Shown: positions 16,644-25,955, counted from the stretch's first letter. The stretch is DNA of 29,204 nt from Nitrospirota bacterium (GCA_021819985.1 JAKAEG010000001.1:1-29204), one strand, 5' to 3'. Translations and numbers: made by a program. The notes: generated from the sequence alone by a model not told the origin.

Positions 16644-17495
16644 ATGGATCTAATAAAACTGACGAATGTGAGCTTTGTGTATCCAGATAGCACGCGGGCG
16701 CTTACCGATATAAATCTATCCATCAGAACCGGAGAGAGGGTGGCCGTACTGGGGGCAAACGGTGCGGGCAAGTCCACCCTTTTTCAACTGTTTAACGGTC
16801 TTTTGCAGCCCGCACAGGGATCCGTGTCGGTCAATGGCAGAGTTGTCGAAAAATCATACTTGAAAGAAGTTCGCCGCCTGGTCGGCATGGTCTTCCAGGA
16901 TCCGGACGACCAGCTTTTTTCAAGCACAGTTCGTCAGGAGATAGCCTACGGTCTGATCAACCTTGGCCTGACAGGCGACCGCATGGAACAGGCCGCCTCC
17001 TGGGCGCTGCAAGTGGCCGGGCTGGAAGGCTTTGAAAACAGAAGCCCTTTTAATTTGAGCGGCGGCGAGAAAAAGCGAGTGGCCTTGGCCAGCGTGCTTG
17101 CCATGCAGCCGGAAGTCCTGGTGCTGGATGAACCGACCGCTGCCCTCGATCCTATTGGCGCGGCCAAAATAATAAAATTGCTCAATTGCATCAACGGGGA
17201 ACTTGGCATAACCCTTGTTTTTGCAACCCATGATGTCGATGCTGTTCCTTTGCTGGCTGACCGCGTCTACGTAATGGACAAAGGGGAAATCAAGCTGTCC
17301 GGTTCCGTGACGGAAGTGTTCGCTAGGAAGGACGTGATCCGTGCCCATAACCTGAGGTTGCCGCGTATAGCCCACCTGGCGGAATTGTTGGAACGGGAAG
17401 GGCAATGCCGGTTCGTGTCGTTGCCGCTTACAATAGGCCAAGCCAGAAAAGCTCTTATGGAGCAAATCGCTAAAAAGGGAATCAACACTAAATGA
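16644..17495 (+). CDS. cbiO: Cobalt ECF transporter ATPase CbiO
   Basis: GANGAGKST, FQDPDDQLF, LSGGEKKRVA, LDEPT, ATHD. Confidence 0.93.
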   Translation: MDLIKLTNVSFVYPDSTRALTDINLSIRTGERVAVLGANGAGKSTLFQLFNGLLQPAQGSVSVNGRVVEKSYLKEVRRLVGMVFQDPDDQLFSSTVRQEIAYGLINLGLTGDRMEQAASWALQVAGLEGFENRSPFNLSGGEKKRVALASVLAMQPEVLVLDEPTAALDPIGAAKIIKLLNCINGELGITLVFATHDVDAVPLLADRVYVMDKGEIKLSGSVTEVFARKDVIRAHNLRLPRIAHLAELLEREGQCRFVSLPLTIGQARKALMEQIAKKGINTK

Positions 17496-17782
17496 ATCTC
17501 TCTAGCCAGCGAAAAATGAACTACAAGTATTTCGTGCACCGGGACTGCGCTTTTTTCCCATGTCACGATCTTGCGGAATGGAGGTCGTGCCTTTTTTGCT
17601 GGTGCCCGCTTTATCTTCTGGACTGCGGCGGGGATTTCACTTTTAAAGACGGCATAAAAGACTGTTCTAACTGCACTATCCCTCATGCCGAAGATGGATA
17701 TGACTACGTCCTTCAAATTATAAGTGGCATGAGGCAGGATATCATGGAAATACTTGCCTTGAAAGGAGGTAACGCTATTTAA
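17492..17782 (+). CDS. Cysteine-rich small domain protein (zf-like, PF04071-type)
   Basis: CAFFPCH...CLFCWCPLY...CGG...KDCSNCTIPH; ATGA overlap with cbiO. Confidence 0.85.
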   Translation: MNLSSQRKMNYKYFVHRDCAFFPCHDLAEWRSCLFCWCPLYLLDCGGDFTFKDGIKDCSNCTIPHAEDGYDYVLQIISGMRQDIMEILALKGGNAI

Positions 17783-17817
17783 GTTTTTTTAATGGGCACA
17801 AAATAAACAGAGTTGAT
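17752..17817 (+). repeat. 66-bp direct repeat, copy A
   Basis: Matches 23887-23951 with 5 mismatches and 1 indel. Confidence 0.92.
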
Positions 17818-17847
17818 TATCTAAATTAAGCCTGCCGTGGATTTTCC

Positions 17848-18045
17848 TTGCGCAGGCGCAGATGGATGTGGAAGAGGGGTGAAAATCCCCCGCTGCCCCG
17901 CAGCCGTGATGGGAACGAAAGCCCGATACGCCACTGTCAAGCGTAAGACCTTGATGGGAAGGCGGGCAAGTAGATGGGCGTTCATTGGGTGCCCTTGCCC
18001 TCAGCCGGAAGACCTGTCTGTCTGAAAAAATACCTCGCGGGAGGG
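17848..18045 (+). promoter_or_regulatory. Cobalamin riboswitch 2 (translational type)
   Basis: GGGGTGAAAATCCCC, GCTGCCCCGCAGC, GCCACTG 17930, GGGAAGG 17956, CAGCCGGAAGACCTG 18002; P13 CCTC-GCGG-GAGG contains the btuB SD. Confidence 0.93.
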
Positions 18046-18050
18046 ACGCA

Positions 18051-19853
18051 ATGAAGACGTTTGTCTGCCTGTTTTGTTTCATCCTTCTTTCTTTGCCAGC
18101 TTTTGGTTTAGCACAGGAAACAAGTGCAACTCTGCCGGACGTTGTTGTCTCCGCAACAAGAGTCGAGGAACCGGTCCAGGATGTCGCTCAGGATGTTACG
18201 GTCTTAACGGCGCAGGAAATCAAAAAAGGGGGCTTCAGCACAATCACGGGTGCAATTGCCAGCGTGATGGGTGTGCAGGTGAACGAATATGGGAACCGTG
18301 GCTCGATAGCAACCGCATCCATAAGAGGGGCTACATCGGCACAGGTTCTGATTCTCATAGACGGCAAGAGGTTAAACTTGCCCTCTACAGGGCAATTCGA
18401 TCTCAATGACTTGCCAATCACGCTTGATGATGTCGAGCGCATAGAGGTAGTGAGGGGCGCGTCATCCGCGCTTTATGGCGCCGATGCGATGGGAGGAGTG
18501 ATAAATATCATTACGAAAAACCCGGGTAAACCTGTGACATCCCTTTCAGCCTCTTACGGAAGCTTTGATACGAGACACATTAGCGCCTTTACCAGTCGTC
18601 AAGTGGGCAATTTTGGCTATGTCCTTTCTGCTGAAAAAGAGACATCGGATGGTTTCATGCCCAATACAGATTACGACTTGTGGAATTTGGACGGCAAGTT
18701 CACTCTGAAATTGTCCAGGGACGCCAACGTGGTGTTTAACGCAAATTACGACCATAAAGAAGAAGGCGTGCCTGGTGAAGAGGATTATCCAACTCCCGAC
18801 GCAAGGGAGCATGATGAAAATGAGCTGTTTGGCATCGGCTTGAACATCAATAAAATGCATCTTAATCTTTACTCCCATGAGTCCGGGCTTCACTATTGGG
18901 ACCCACTGGTTGAAGACGACTATTATCGGACCGGCATGCGCGGGGCGGACATACAGGACAGTTTTCTTCTTGGCAGCTCGAATCTCGTGACTGCAGGAGG
19001 GGGAATCGTAGCGGAAAGACTTAACAGCAACGTTGTTGGCATAAAAAACAGGACAACGGAAGGTGTCTTTGCTCAGGACCAGCTGATTTTTACGGAGAAC
19101 CTGATTGCAACGGCCGGCCTCAGGTATGACAATTACGATTTAGGCTCGCGTGTTACCCCGAGGGTATCCGCTCTGTACAGGCCTTTTGCCAAGACAACAT
19201 TTAGAATATCAGCGGGCACGGGCTACAGAGTACCAACCTTCGAAGATTTATATTGGCCTAATACGGGCTATGCCGCGGGAAATCCCAATTTAAAGCCGGA
19301 GAAATCGAAGGAATACGAAATATCCGTTGAGCAGATGTTCGGGAAAAGCCTGACGGCAAAGGCCCTGGCTTTCCATAAAAATGTGGAAGATCTTATCCAA
19401 TGGGCGGAGCTCCCATCCGGGATGTGGATGCCGGAAAATATAGATCAGGCCAGAATCAACGGCATAGAATTTGATGCGAACTATGTCTTTAAAAATATTG
19501 CCCTGTCGCTAAGTTATTACTATCAGGACCCAAAGGATGAAAACACGGGGGAGAATATACCCTATCTGCCGAGGCAGAATGTAAAAGGTAACATCTCCTA
19601 TGAAACCAAAACCGGTCTCATTGCCTCGCTCGAAGGCAATTATGTGAGCAATTATGTGACCCCGGGCAGCCCATCCTGGAGCTATTATTACCTCAACGGC
19701 AAAATAAGCCAGAAGGTGCCGCTTTTGGGAGGCAGGGCTAACGGCGAGATTTTCCTGGAGGGAAAAAACATACTCGACAATAAATATCAGATAGTGCAGG
19801 GCTATCCCATGCCGCCCGCCGCAGTCAACGGAGGTGTGAGGATTTCATTTTGA
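18051..19853 (+). CDS. btuB: TonB-dependent outer membrane cobalamin receptor
   Basis: Signal peptide, TonB box LPDVVVSATR, plug IRG...ILIDG, IERIEVVRGASSALYGADAMGGVINIIT, C-terminal F; under a B12 riboswitch. Confidence 0.9.
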   Translation: MKTFVCLFCFILLSLPAFGLAQETSATLPDVVVSATRVEEPVQDVAQDVTVLTAQEIKKGGFSTITGAIASVMGVQVNEYGNRGSIATASIRGATSAQVLILIDGKRLNLPSTGQFDLNDLPITLDDVERIEVVRGASSALYGADAMGGVINIITKNPGKPVTSLSASYGSFDTRHISAFTSRQVGNFGYVLSAEKETSDGFMPNTDYDLWNLDGKFTLKLSRDANVVFNANYDHKEEGVPGEEDYPTPDAREHDENELFGIGLNINKMHLNLYSHESGLHYWDPLVEDDYYRTGMRGADIQDSFLLGSSNLVTAGGGIVAERLNSNVVGIKNRTTEGVFAQDQLIFTENLIATAGLRYDNYDLGSRVTPRVSALYRPFAKTTFRISAGTGYRVPTFEDLYWPNTGYAAGNPNLKPEKSKEYEISVEQMFGKSLTAKALAFHKNVEDLIQWAELPSGMWMPENIDQARINGIEFDANYVFKNIALSLSYYYQDPKDENTGENIPYLPRQNVKGNISYETKTGLIASLEGNYVSNYVTPGSPSWSYYYLNGKISQKVPLLGGRANGEIFLEGKNILDNKYQIVQGYPMPPAAVNGGVRISF

Positions 19854-20710
19854 CCATAAAGCGGTTTTTATATGCCCTGATTTTTTGTATTGCTTTCTAC
19901 GGAAGAGCTTTTGCCTCACCGCCTGAAAAGATAGTCTCTCTTGCGCCAAATGTAACCGAGGTGCTCTACGCGCTCGGCCTTGGAGACAGAATCGTCGCCG
20001 TCACAAATTTCAGTGATTATCCACCGGAGGCGAGGCTGAAACCCAAAATCGGAGGAATAATAAACCCTTCGATTGAAGACATTTTAACCATTAAGCCGGA
20101 TGTAGTAGTGATGGACGCTGGCTTAAATCCAGATGGACTTGAAGGGAGGCTTGAGAAACTTGGAATTAAGGTCATTGTTTTCCGTGCGGAGCGCATAGCC
20201 CAATTGCCGCAGGCAATCAGAAAATTGGGAGTGGCCCTGGATGTAAGAGAAAAGGCAGACAAAGTTGCGCAAAGAATTCAAACTGGCATTCGCAGGATTA
20301 AATCAAATGCAGAAAAGTCTTCTCTTTATTTACACGGCAGGAAAGCGGTTTTCATCATATGGCCCGATCCATTGATAGTAGCAGGGCCGGGAACTCCTAT
20401 CAGTGACGCAATAAACCTGCTTGGTTGGAGGAATATAGCCTCAGACGCTAAAACGAGTTATCCCAGATATTCGCTTGAGGACATTATCATACGCTCTCCG
20501 TATGTCATATTGATTGGCACGGGACATGCGGATATGATGGAGACCTCGAAGAGGCTTTTAAAAAGATTGTCCATACTTGATGCCGTAAAAAAAGGAAGGG
20601 TTTATTACGTAAGCGATGCCCTTTACAGGCTTGGGCCAAGAACAGTCCATGGAATTCAGGAACTGGCACGATATTTAAATGGGGAATGTAAAACCCGAAA
20701 AGAGAACTGA
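19850..20710 (+). CDS. btuF: Cobalamin ABC transporter periplasmic binding protein
   Basis: KIVSLAPNVTEVLYALG, PSIEDILTIKPD, RLGPR. Confidence 0.88.
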   Translation: MTIKRFLYALIFCIAFYGRAFASPPEKIVSLAPNVTEVLYALGLGDRIVAVTNFSDYPPEARLKPKIGGIINPSIEDILTIKPDVVVMDAGLNPDGLEGRLEKLGIKVIVFRAERIAQLPQAIRKLGVALDVREKADKVAQRIQTGIRRIKSNAEKSSLYLHGRKAVFIIWPDPLIVAGPGTPISDAINLLGWRNIASDAKTSYPRYSLEDIIIRSPYVILIGTGHADMMETSKRLLKRLSILDAVKKGRVYYVSDALYRLGPRTVHGIQELARYLNGECKTRKEN

Positions 20711-20711
20711 C

Positions 20712-21680
20712 ATGAACAAAAAAGGTATCACGGCTCTCGTTTTTTTAACTCTTCTGATATTCACTTCATCGGTGTTCATAGGGCCAAAGTTAATAGACCC
20801 GTTCAGGATGGATAAGGTCGCGAGGGAAATTATCATTTCTATCCGGTTGCCGAGAATAATAATTTCCATACTGGTCGGAGCGGCTCTTGGCAGTTCAGGC
20901 GCAATACTTCAAGGCATGCTTCGCAATCCCCTGGCAGATCCTTATATTCTTGGCTTATCGAGCGGATCCGCCCTTATGGCGGTCGTTAGCTTGTTATTTG
21001 ACAATATATTTTTTGGACTTTTTACACTGCCCATGCTCGCTTTCCTTGGGGCAATTGCTGCTGGAGCAGCGGTTGGTGCATTAGGACAGAAAAAAGGAAA
21101 TCTTCTGCCGGAGAGGCTGCTACTGGCAGGCGTAGGGCTGGGTTTTCTTTTTTCGGCCGCCCTTATGCTTGTTATGAGCTTATCTACGGACGAAGGACTT
21201 CGGAGGGCGACATTCTGGTTGTTTGGAGACTTGTCAATGGCGGATTGGACGCTCGTCCCTTACGGTATTGCCTTTATTCTTCTTGGTTTTGGTCTATCCC
21301 TCTGGAGGGCTAAGGCATTGAACGCTCTTATGCTCGGTGATGAAGTGGCATACAGTCTTGGTTTTTCGCCTTCCAAAGAGAGATGGGTCCTGTTTCTCGC
21401 GGTTGGGCTCATGACCGCCTCGTCCGTGTCGCTTGGCGGCGTGGTGGGATTCATAGGCCTTTTGGTCCCCCATATAATCAGGTCTTTTGTCGGATCTGAT
21501 AACAGGATCCTGATACCGATGTCGGCCTTGGCGGGCGGAGCGCTTCTATGTGCAGCGGATACAATTGGAAGGACCGTGGTTGCTCCAAATGAGCTTCCAG
21601 CGGGCGTCATTACGGCAATTATAGGTGCGCCTTATTTCCTTTATCTGCTCAAAAAGAAAGACCTTCTGGGAGTTTCCTGA
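20712..21680 (+). CDS. btuC: Cobalamin ABC transporter permease (FecCD family)
   Basis: IRLPR, RNPLADPYILGLSSG, GFIGLLVPH, GVITAIIGAPYF. Confidence 0.9.
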   Translation: MNKKGITALVFLTLLIFTSSVFIGPKLIDPFRMDKVAREIIISIRLPRIIISILVGAALGSSGAILQGMLRNPLADPYILGLSSGSALMAVVSLLFDNIFFGLFTLPMLAFLGAIAAGAAVGALGQKKGNLLPERLLLAGVGLGFLFSAALMLVMSLSTDEGLRRATFWLFGDLSMADWTLVPYGIAFILLGFGLSLWRAKALNALMLGDEVAYSLGFSPSKERWVLFLAVGLMTASSVSLGGVVGFIGLLVPHIIRSFVGSDNRILIPMSALAGGALLCAADTIGRTVVAPNELPAGVITAIIGAPYFLYLLKKKDLLGVS

Positions 21681-22484
21681 ATGGTTGCGCTCGATTTGAA
21701 GAATATTCATTTTTCCTATGGCAAGGGGAGTTTTATCCATGACCTGACCATGACTGCGGATGAAGGAGGATTCATCGGTCTTATAGGAGTAAACGGGTCA
21801 GGGAAGTCCACGGTGTTAAAACTTGCTGCGGGGATTCTCAAGCCGCAGTCGGGGGCCGTCGATCTTAGAGGGCGGCCTATCGGTTGTTACAAAGGGAAAG
21901 AGAGGGCAAGACTTATAAGCTATTTGCCTCAAATACTCAGTTTTAATATTCCACTAAGGGTGAAGGAATTTATAGCCATGGGGTTTTATCCTCATGACCG
22001 CCTTCCGGGTACCTCTCTGGATGATGCCTTGGAAATAACAGGTCTCCAAGGCAAAAAAAATTCATATATGGCAGAGCTGAGCGGTGGCGAAAGAAAAAGG
22101 GCGTACATTGCAATGACACTTATTCAGGGGGCGGATATTCTTTTGATGGATGAGCCGCTTGCGAATCTGGATATCAAATATCAGATAGAGTTGATAAAGC
22201 TGCTCAGGACTTTGAAAGATGAAAAGGGAATAACCGTTATCATGGCATTGCATGACATAAACATGATGTTTCAGTTTGATGTTTTGCACGTGATCAACAG
22301 AGGGCAACTGGCCGCTTCCGGCGCGCCGCGAGAAATAATGACCGGTGAATTGCTTGAAAAGACCTTCGATATTGATTTCAAGACATTCAAAAAGATGTAT
22401 TTTTTTGGTCAATCGGATAAGAATAGTAAAAACAGATATTTTTCTTTACGAGACGTTTCTATATTCCATCGAACAATGGAATGA
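21681..22484 (+). CDS. btuD: Cobalamin ABC transporter ATPase
   Basis: GVNGSGKST, LSGGERKR, LLMDEP, LHDIN. Confidence 0.88.
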   Translation: MVALDLKNIHFSYGKGSFIHDLTMTADEGGFIGLIGVNGSGKSTVLKLAAGILKPQSGAVDLRGRPIGCYKGKERARLISYLPQILSFNIPLRVKEFIAMGFYPHDRLPGTSLDDALEITGLQGKKNSYMAELSGGERKRAYIAMTLIQGADILLMDEPLANLDIKYQIELIKLLRTLKDEKGITVIMALHDINMMFQFDVLHVINRGQLAASGAPREIMTGELLEKTFDIDFKTFKKMYFFGQSDKNSKNRYFSLRDVSIFHRTME

Positions 22485-23254
22485 AAGCGTCATTTTCATT
22501 TTCTTTATTATTTCATGTTGCGGTGATATTGATATTGACCGTGCTTTTCATTAGGTCCGTTTCCCGGCACAATGAAGACAAGCGGAATTTTTTCGTTACC
22601 TTGGCCAATCCAGCCCAATGTACTGAAAAAAATATACCGAAAGACAAAAAAGAAAAAACGGGTAAAACAAAAATTATGGGACCTAAGATCCACGTAAAGG
22701 CTGCAATTCCTGAAGTGAAAATTGAAAAAAAATCAGCAAAAGAAACCAGACCCACTGGAATCAGGATAAAAAGCACACCCGTTTCTCCCATTTCGGATGG
22801 GAAAGCATTTTTGAAAAGTATTCTATCTGGCAATGCTGAAATTAAGGAAAAAGAGGAGATTGCAGGCAAAAATGCTAAGGGCCCTGCGCTTTCGCCTTCA
22901 AATGGGGTTTCCGTTAAGGCCGCCGGTTGCCAGAGGATTAGTTCTCATGGCCGGGCTGGGGCGGGCTATTTGAGTGAAGGCTATGTCAATGAACATCTCG
23001 ATTTTATACGGGAGCTGATAGAGAAAAATCTGAAATACCCGTTTGCCGCAAGAAGAATGGGCTGGACAGGCACGGTTGTAATAAAATTTATCGTTACTGT
23101 GGATGGACATGCTTGCAAATTTAGAATCATAAAGACTTCAGGATATTCTATGCTGGATGACAACGCCATGAACACTATAAAGAAGATATCGTCATTCCCC
23201 CGGCCGCGCGCCAGCGTTGAGCTGACAATACCGATTACATACAGACTTGAGTGA
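22481..23254 (+). CDS. tonB: Energy transducer TonB
   Basis: N-terminal TM with SLLFH; C-terminal YPFAARRMGWTGTVVIKF...SGYSMLD. Confidence 0.88.
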   Translation: MKASFSFSLLFHVAVILILTVLFIRSVSRHNEDKRNFFVTLANPAQCTEKNIPKDKKEKTGKTKIMGPKIHVKAAIPEVKIEKKSAKETRPTGIRIKSTPVSPISDGKAFLKSILSGNAEIKEKEEIAGKNAKGPALSPSNGVSVKAAGCQRISSHGRAGAGYLSEGYVNEHLDFIRELIEKNLKYPFAARRMGWTGTVVIKFIVTVDGHACKFRIIKTSGYSMLDDNAMNTIKKISSFPRPRASVELTIPITYRLE

Positions 23255-23335
23255 TCTCATCCTATGCAATCGGGATCCGGTCACTCATCATTTTTTCAGA
23301 TTTTTCAAGATGTTTCAGCGAAATGATCGGCTTTA

Positions 23336-23389
23336 TTGACAATTGTTTCCGATTGGTTTATGATAACACGAAATTAAAAATCATAACAC
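23336..23389 (+). promoter_or_regulatory. nikR promoter TTGACA-N17-TATGAT with overlapping NikR operator (TAACA-N15-TAACA; TTATGAT-N15-ATCATAA)
   Basis: Read directly; matches the TRWYA-N15-TRWYA pattern of H. pylori NikR and resembles E. coli GTATGA-N16-TCATAC. Confidence 0.75.
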
Positions 23390-23390
23390 C

Positions 23391-23807
23391 ATGGCAATTG
23401 TCAGATTTGGAATATCATTAGACAGCGCGTTACTTGAGCGGTTCGATGGCCGCATAAAGAAAAAGGACTACGCTAACCGGAGCGAGGCGATCAGGGACCT
23501 TATCAGGGACAGCCTTGTCGTGGAAGAATGGGAATCGGCCACCGCCGAGACCGTGGGGACTATAACACTTGTCTATTCCCATGACACCAGGGAACTCACG
23601 GACAATCTTACCGATTTGCAGCATCACTACCACAACTCGATAATCTCGGCGATGCATATACACTTGGATGAGCACAATTGCCTTGAAGTTATTGTGGTAA
23701 AAGGCAGGGCGAAGGATATAAGAACGATAGCCGACAGACTGATCGGCACAAAAGGAGTGAAACACGGAAAACTTACGGTGACGACTACCGGGAAACGTCT
23801 GAAGTAA
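23391..23807 (+). CDS. nikR: Nickel-responsive regulator NikR
   Basis: RHH RFGISLD...[11 protein letters not shown]; Ni ligands QHHY...[12 protein letters not shown]. Confidence 0.97.
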   Translation: MAIVRFGISLDSALLERFDGRIKKKDYANRSEAIRDLIRDSLVVEEWESATAETVGTITLVYSHDTRELTDNLTDLQHHYHNSIISAMHIHLDEHNCLEVIVVKGRAKDIRTIADRLIGTKGVKHGKLTVTTTGKRLK

Positions 23808-23825
23808 AATTTTTTTGTCGCATGG

Positions 23826-23850
23826 TAGCACGTTTTTCGGAAAGATAACA
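23826..23850 (+). promoter_or_regulatory. Candidate second NikR operator TAGCA-N15-TAACA
   Basis: One mismatch to TRWYA-N15-TRWYA; upstream of the YHS/porin genes. Confidence 0.45.
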
Positions 23851-23886
23851 CTAAATTGGTCTCTAGCTGGATCTCTGGGAGCATTG

Positions 23887-23951
23887 ACTTGCCTTGAAAG
23901 GAGGTAATCCTATTTAAGTTTTTTAGTAGGCTCAAAATAAACAGAGTTGAT
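23887..23951 (+). repeat. 66-bp direct repeat, copy B
   Basis: Matches 17752-17817. Confidence 0.92.
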
Positions 23952-23991
23952 ATTGATTTTTGGTTGGGAACTTAAGAAAGGGATAATGCAA

Positions 23992-24330
23992 ATGATGAGA
24001 AAGGACTTTCATCTCTGGAGATCAGCGGCCGCACTTGCGACAATTATTCTGTTGATGGGGAGCGGGACCTTCATGCCTTTTGCGTGTGCTGCATCCGTCA
24101 CAAATAGCTCTTCAGTACCAAAGCCGGAAATGGTGGGAAATAAATTCTGCTCGGTAAGCGGCGACAGGATCAACGAAAAAAACAAGGTGACTTACGAATA
24201 TAAGGGCAAGGTCTATAATTTCTGCTCCCCGGATTGCGTTGAGGAGTTCAAAAAGGACCCTGAAAAATATCTTGAAAAAATGGAAAAAGCGTATAAAGGA
24301 GCAGACGGCTTGAAAGTATCGAGCCACTGA
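23992..24330 (+). CDS. Exported YHS/TRASH metal-binding domain protein
   Basis: Signal peptide; CSVSG...[26 protein letters not shown]; start 23986-23995. Confidence 0.85.
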   Translation: MMRKDFHLWRSAAALATIILLMGSGTFMPFACAASVTNSSSVPKPEMVGNKFCSVSGDRINEKNKVTYEYKGKVYNFCSPDCVEEFKKDPEKYLEKMEKAYKGADGLKVSSH

Positions 24331-24347
24331 ATGCGGGAAGGGAACGG

Positions 24348-25811
24348 ATGACAACATTGAAACAGCTTATTAAACTGTGGATATTCTCCGCATCCATGAT
24401 TTTGTGGCTTCTCTTGCCGGCTTTCACTCATCTCGTCTGGGCCGAAGCGCCCGGGGACTCGAATTCAACGGCGCCGGACCACGATTCATCTGGAATTCTG
24501 CCGTTCCTTTCCGGTATGTGCCGCTGCAACAATATGTTGGGCGACAGGTGGGGGGGGCTCCGCCCGGTGCTGGGCGGCTATGGCGTCTCCCTCTCGCTGC
24601 TGGAGACCAGCGAAGTGCTCGGCAATGTGTCGGGCGGCGTCAGGCAGGGTTTCGAATATGACGGATCAACCTATGGAGTCCTGCAAATTGACACAAAAAA
24701 GGCGTTTGGGTTGTACGGCGGGACCTTCAACGCGAGCGCCCTTCAGATACATGGGCGCAATTTGAGCACGGACAACCTCCTGGTTTTGCAAAGCGCCAGC
24801 GGCATAGAGGCCTGGCGCTCCACGCGGCTGTGGGAGCTCTGGTATCAGCAGCAGTTCGATAAGGCTGACGCGTATGACGTAAAAATCGGCCAGCAAAGCC
24901 TCGATCAGGAGTTCATGGTGAGCCAGAATGCGCTGCTTTTTGTCAATGCCATGTTCGGTTGGCCGATGTTGCCGGCGGCCGACCTGCCTGCCGGGGGGGC
25001 GGCCTATCCGCTCGCCTCGCTTGGCATTCGACTGCGCACGCATATCCCCACTACGCCATGGACTTTTCTGACAGGCGTGTTCAGCGGCAGCCCGGTAAAG
25101 AACAACGCCGGCGATCCGCTGGATTCGTCCGGGACAAGTTTTGCGCTTAATACCGGCGCACTTGCAATAGCCGAAGTGCAGTATGCTTACCCGCCGTCGG
25201 GAGCTGGCCAAAACGGGAAAGGGCAGCTGCCGCGGGTATATAAACTTGGCTTCTGGTACGATACTGAAGGATTTTCGGATCAGAGATTCGACGACACCGG
25301 CTCGTCTCTCTCCAAGCCTGAAAGCACGGAAATTCCGCGGACGCATGGGGGCGATTATGCCATCTACGCCGTGCTGGATCAAACGATCTGGCAACAGGTT
25401 TCGGAACCGGGCCGGACGCTCAATGTCTTTGTCCGTGCGATGGGGACTCCGCTGACCGACCGCAATACCGTTGACTTCAGCATGAATGCCGGCATTACCT
25501 TTAAAGAGCCGTTTTTACACCGCTGCTGTGATTCTTTCGGCCTTGGCGTGGGCTATGCCCATGTCAGCAGCCAGGCGGCGGCGTTTGACAGGGATGCCAA
25601 TTTCTTCAATAATTCGGCCTTGCCGGTCCGCAGCGGAGAAACCGTAGTGGAGGCGACTTACCAGTATCAAATAACTCCGTGGTGGCAGGCGCAGCCGGAT
25701 TTTCAATACTTTTTCAATCCCGGCGGGGGGATTCCCAACCCGGATTCTTCCTCCGGGGAGCGGGTAAAAAATGAGGCGGTCATCGGATTGAGGACCACTA
25801 TCACATTTTGA
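24348..25811 (+). CDS. OprB-family (carbohydrate-selective type) porin
   Basis: MLGDRWGGLR, GNVSGGVRQG, RLWELWYQQ, KIGQQSLDQEF, EATYQYQITPW, QPDFQY, GLRTTITF. Confidence 0.88.
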   Translation: MTTLKQLIKLWIFSASMILWLLLPAFTHLVWAEAPGDSNSTAPDHDSSGILPFLSGMCRCNNMLGDRWGGLRPVLGGYGVSLSLLETSEVLGNVSGGVRQGFEYDGSTYGVLQIDTKKAFGLYGGTFNASALQIHGRNLSTDNLLVLQSASGIEAWRSTRLWELWYQQQFDKADAYDVKIGQQSLDQEFMVSQNALLFVNAMFGWPMLPAADLPAGGAAYPLASLGIRLRTHIPTTPWTFLTGVFSGSPVKNNAGDPLDSSGTSFALNTGALAIAEVQYAYPPSGAGQNGKGQLPRVYKLGFWYDTEGFSDQRFDDTGSSLSKPESTEIPRTHGGDYAIYAVLDQTIWQQVSEPGRTLNVFVRAMGTPLTDRNTVDFSMNAGITFKEPFLHRCCDSFGLGVGYAHVSSQAAAFDRDANFFNNSALPVRSGETVVEATYQYQITPWWQAQPDFQYFFNPGGGIPNPDSSSGERVKNEAVIGLRTTITF

Positions 25812-25865
25812 AAGAAAAATACGGAGGAGAAACTTCGCAGCGCGGTTATGGTGGACGGGACAGGG

Positions 25866-25902
25866 AAAGGAGGATAGAGTCATCGGTCATGAATTTTATG
25901 AT
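25866..25902 (+). repeat. Bipartite motif AAAGGAGGAT-N16-AATTTTATGAT, copy 1
   Basis: Same two blocks and spacing at 28876-28912. Confidence 0.6.
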
Positions 25903-25955
25903 CACGCCTTTGACGGACCATATTTGTCTTTACAAAATTTCATTGGAGGTTTTAA

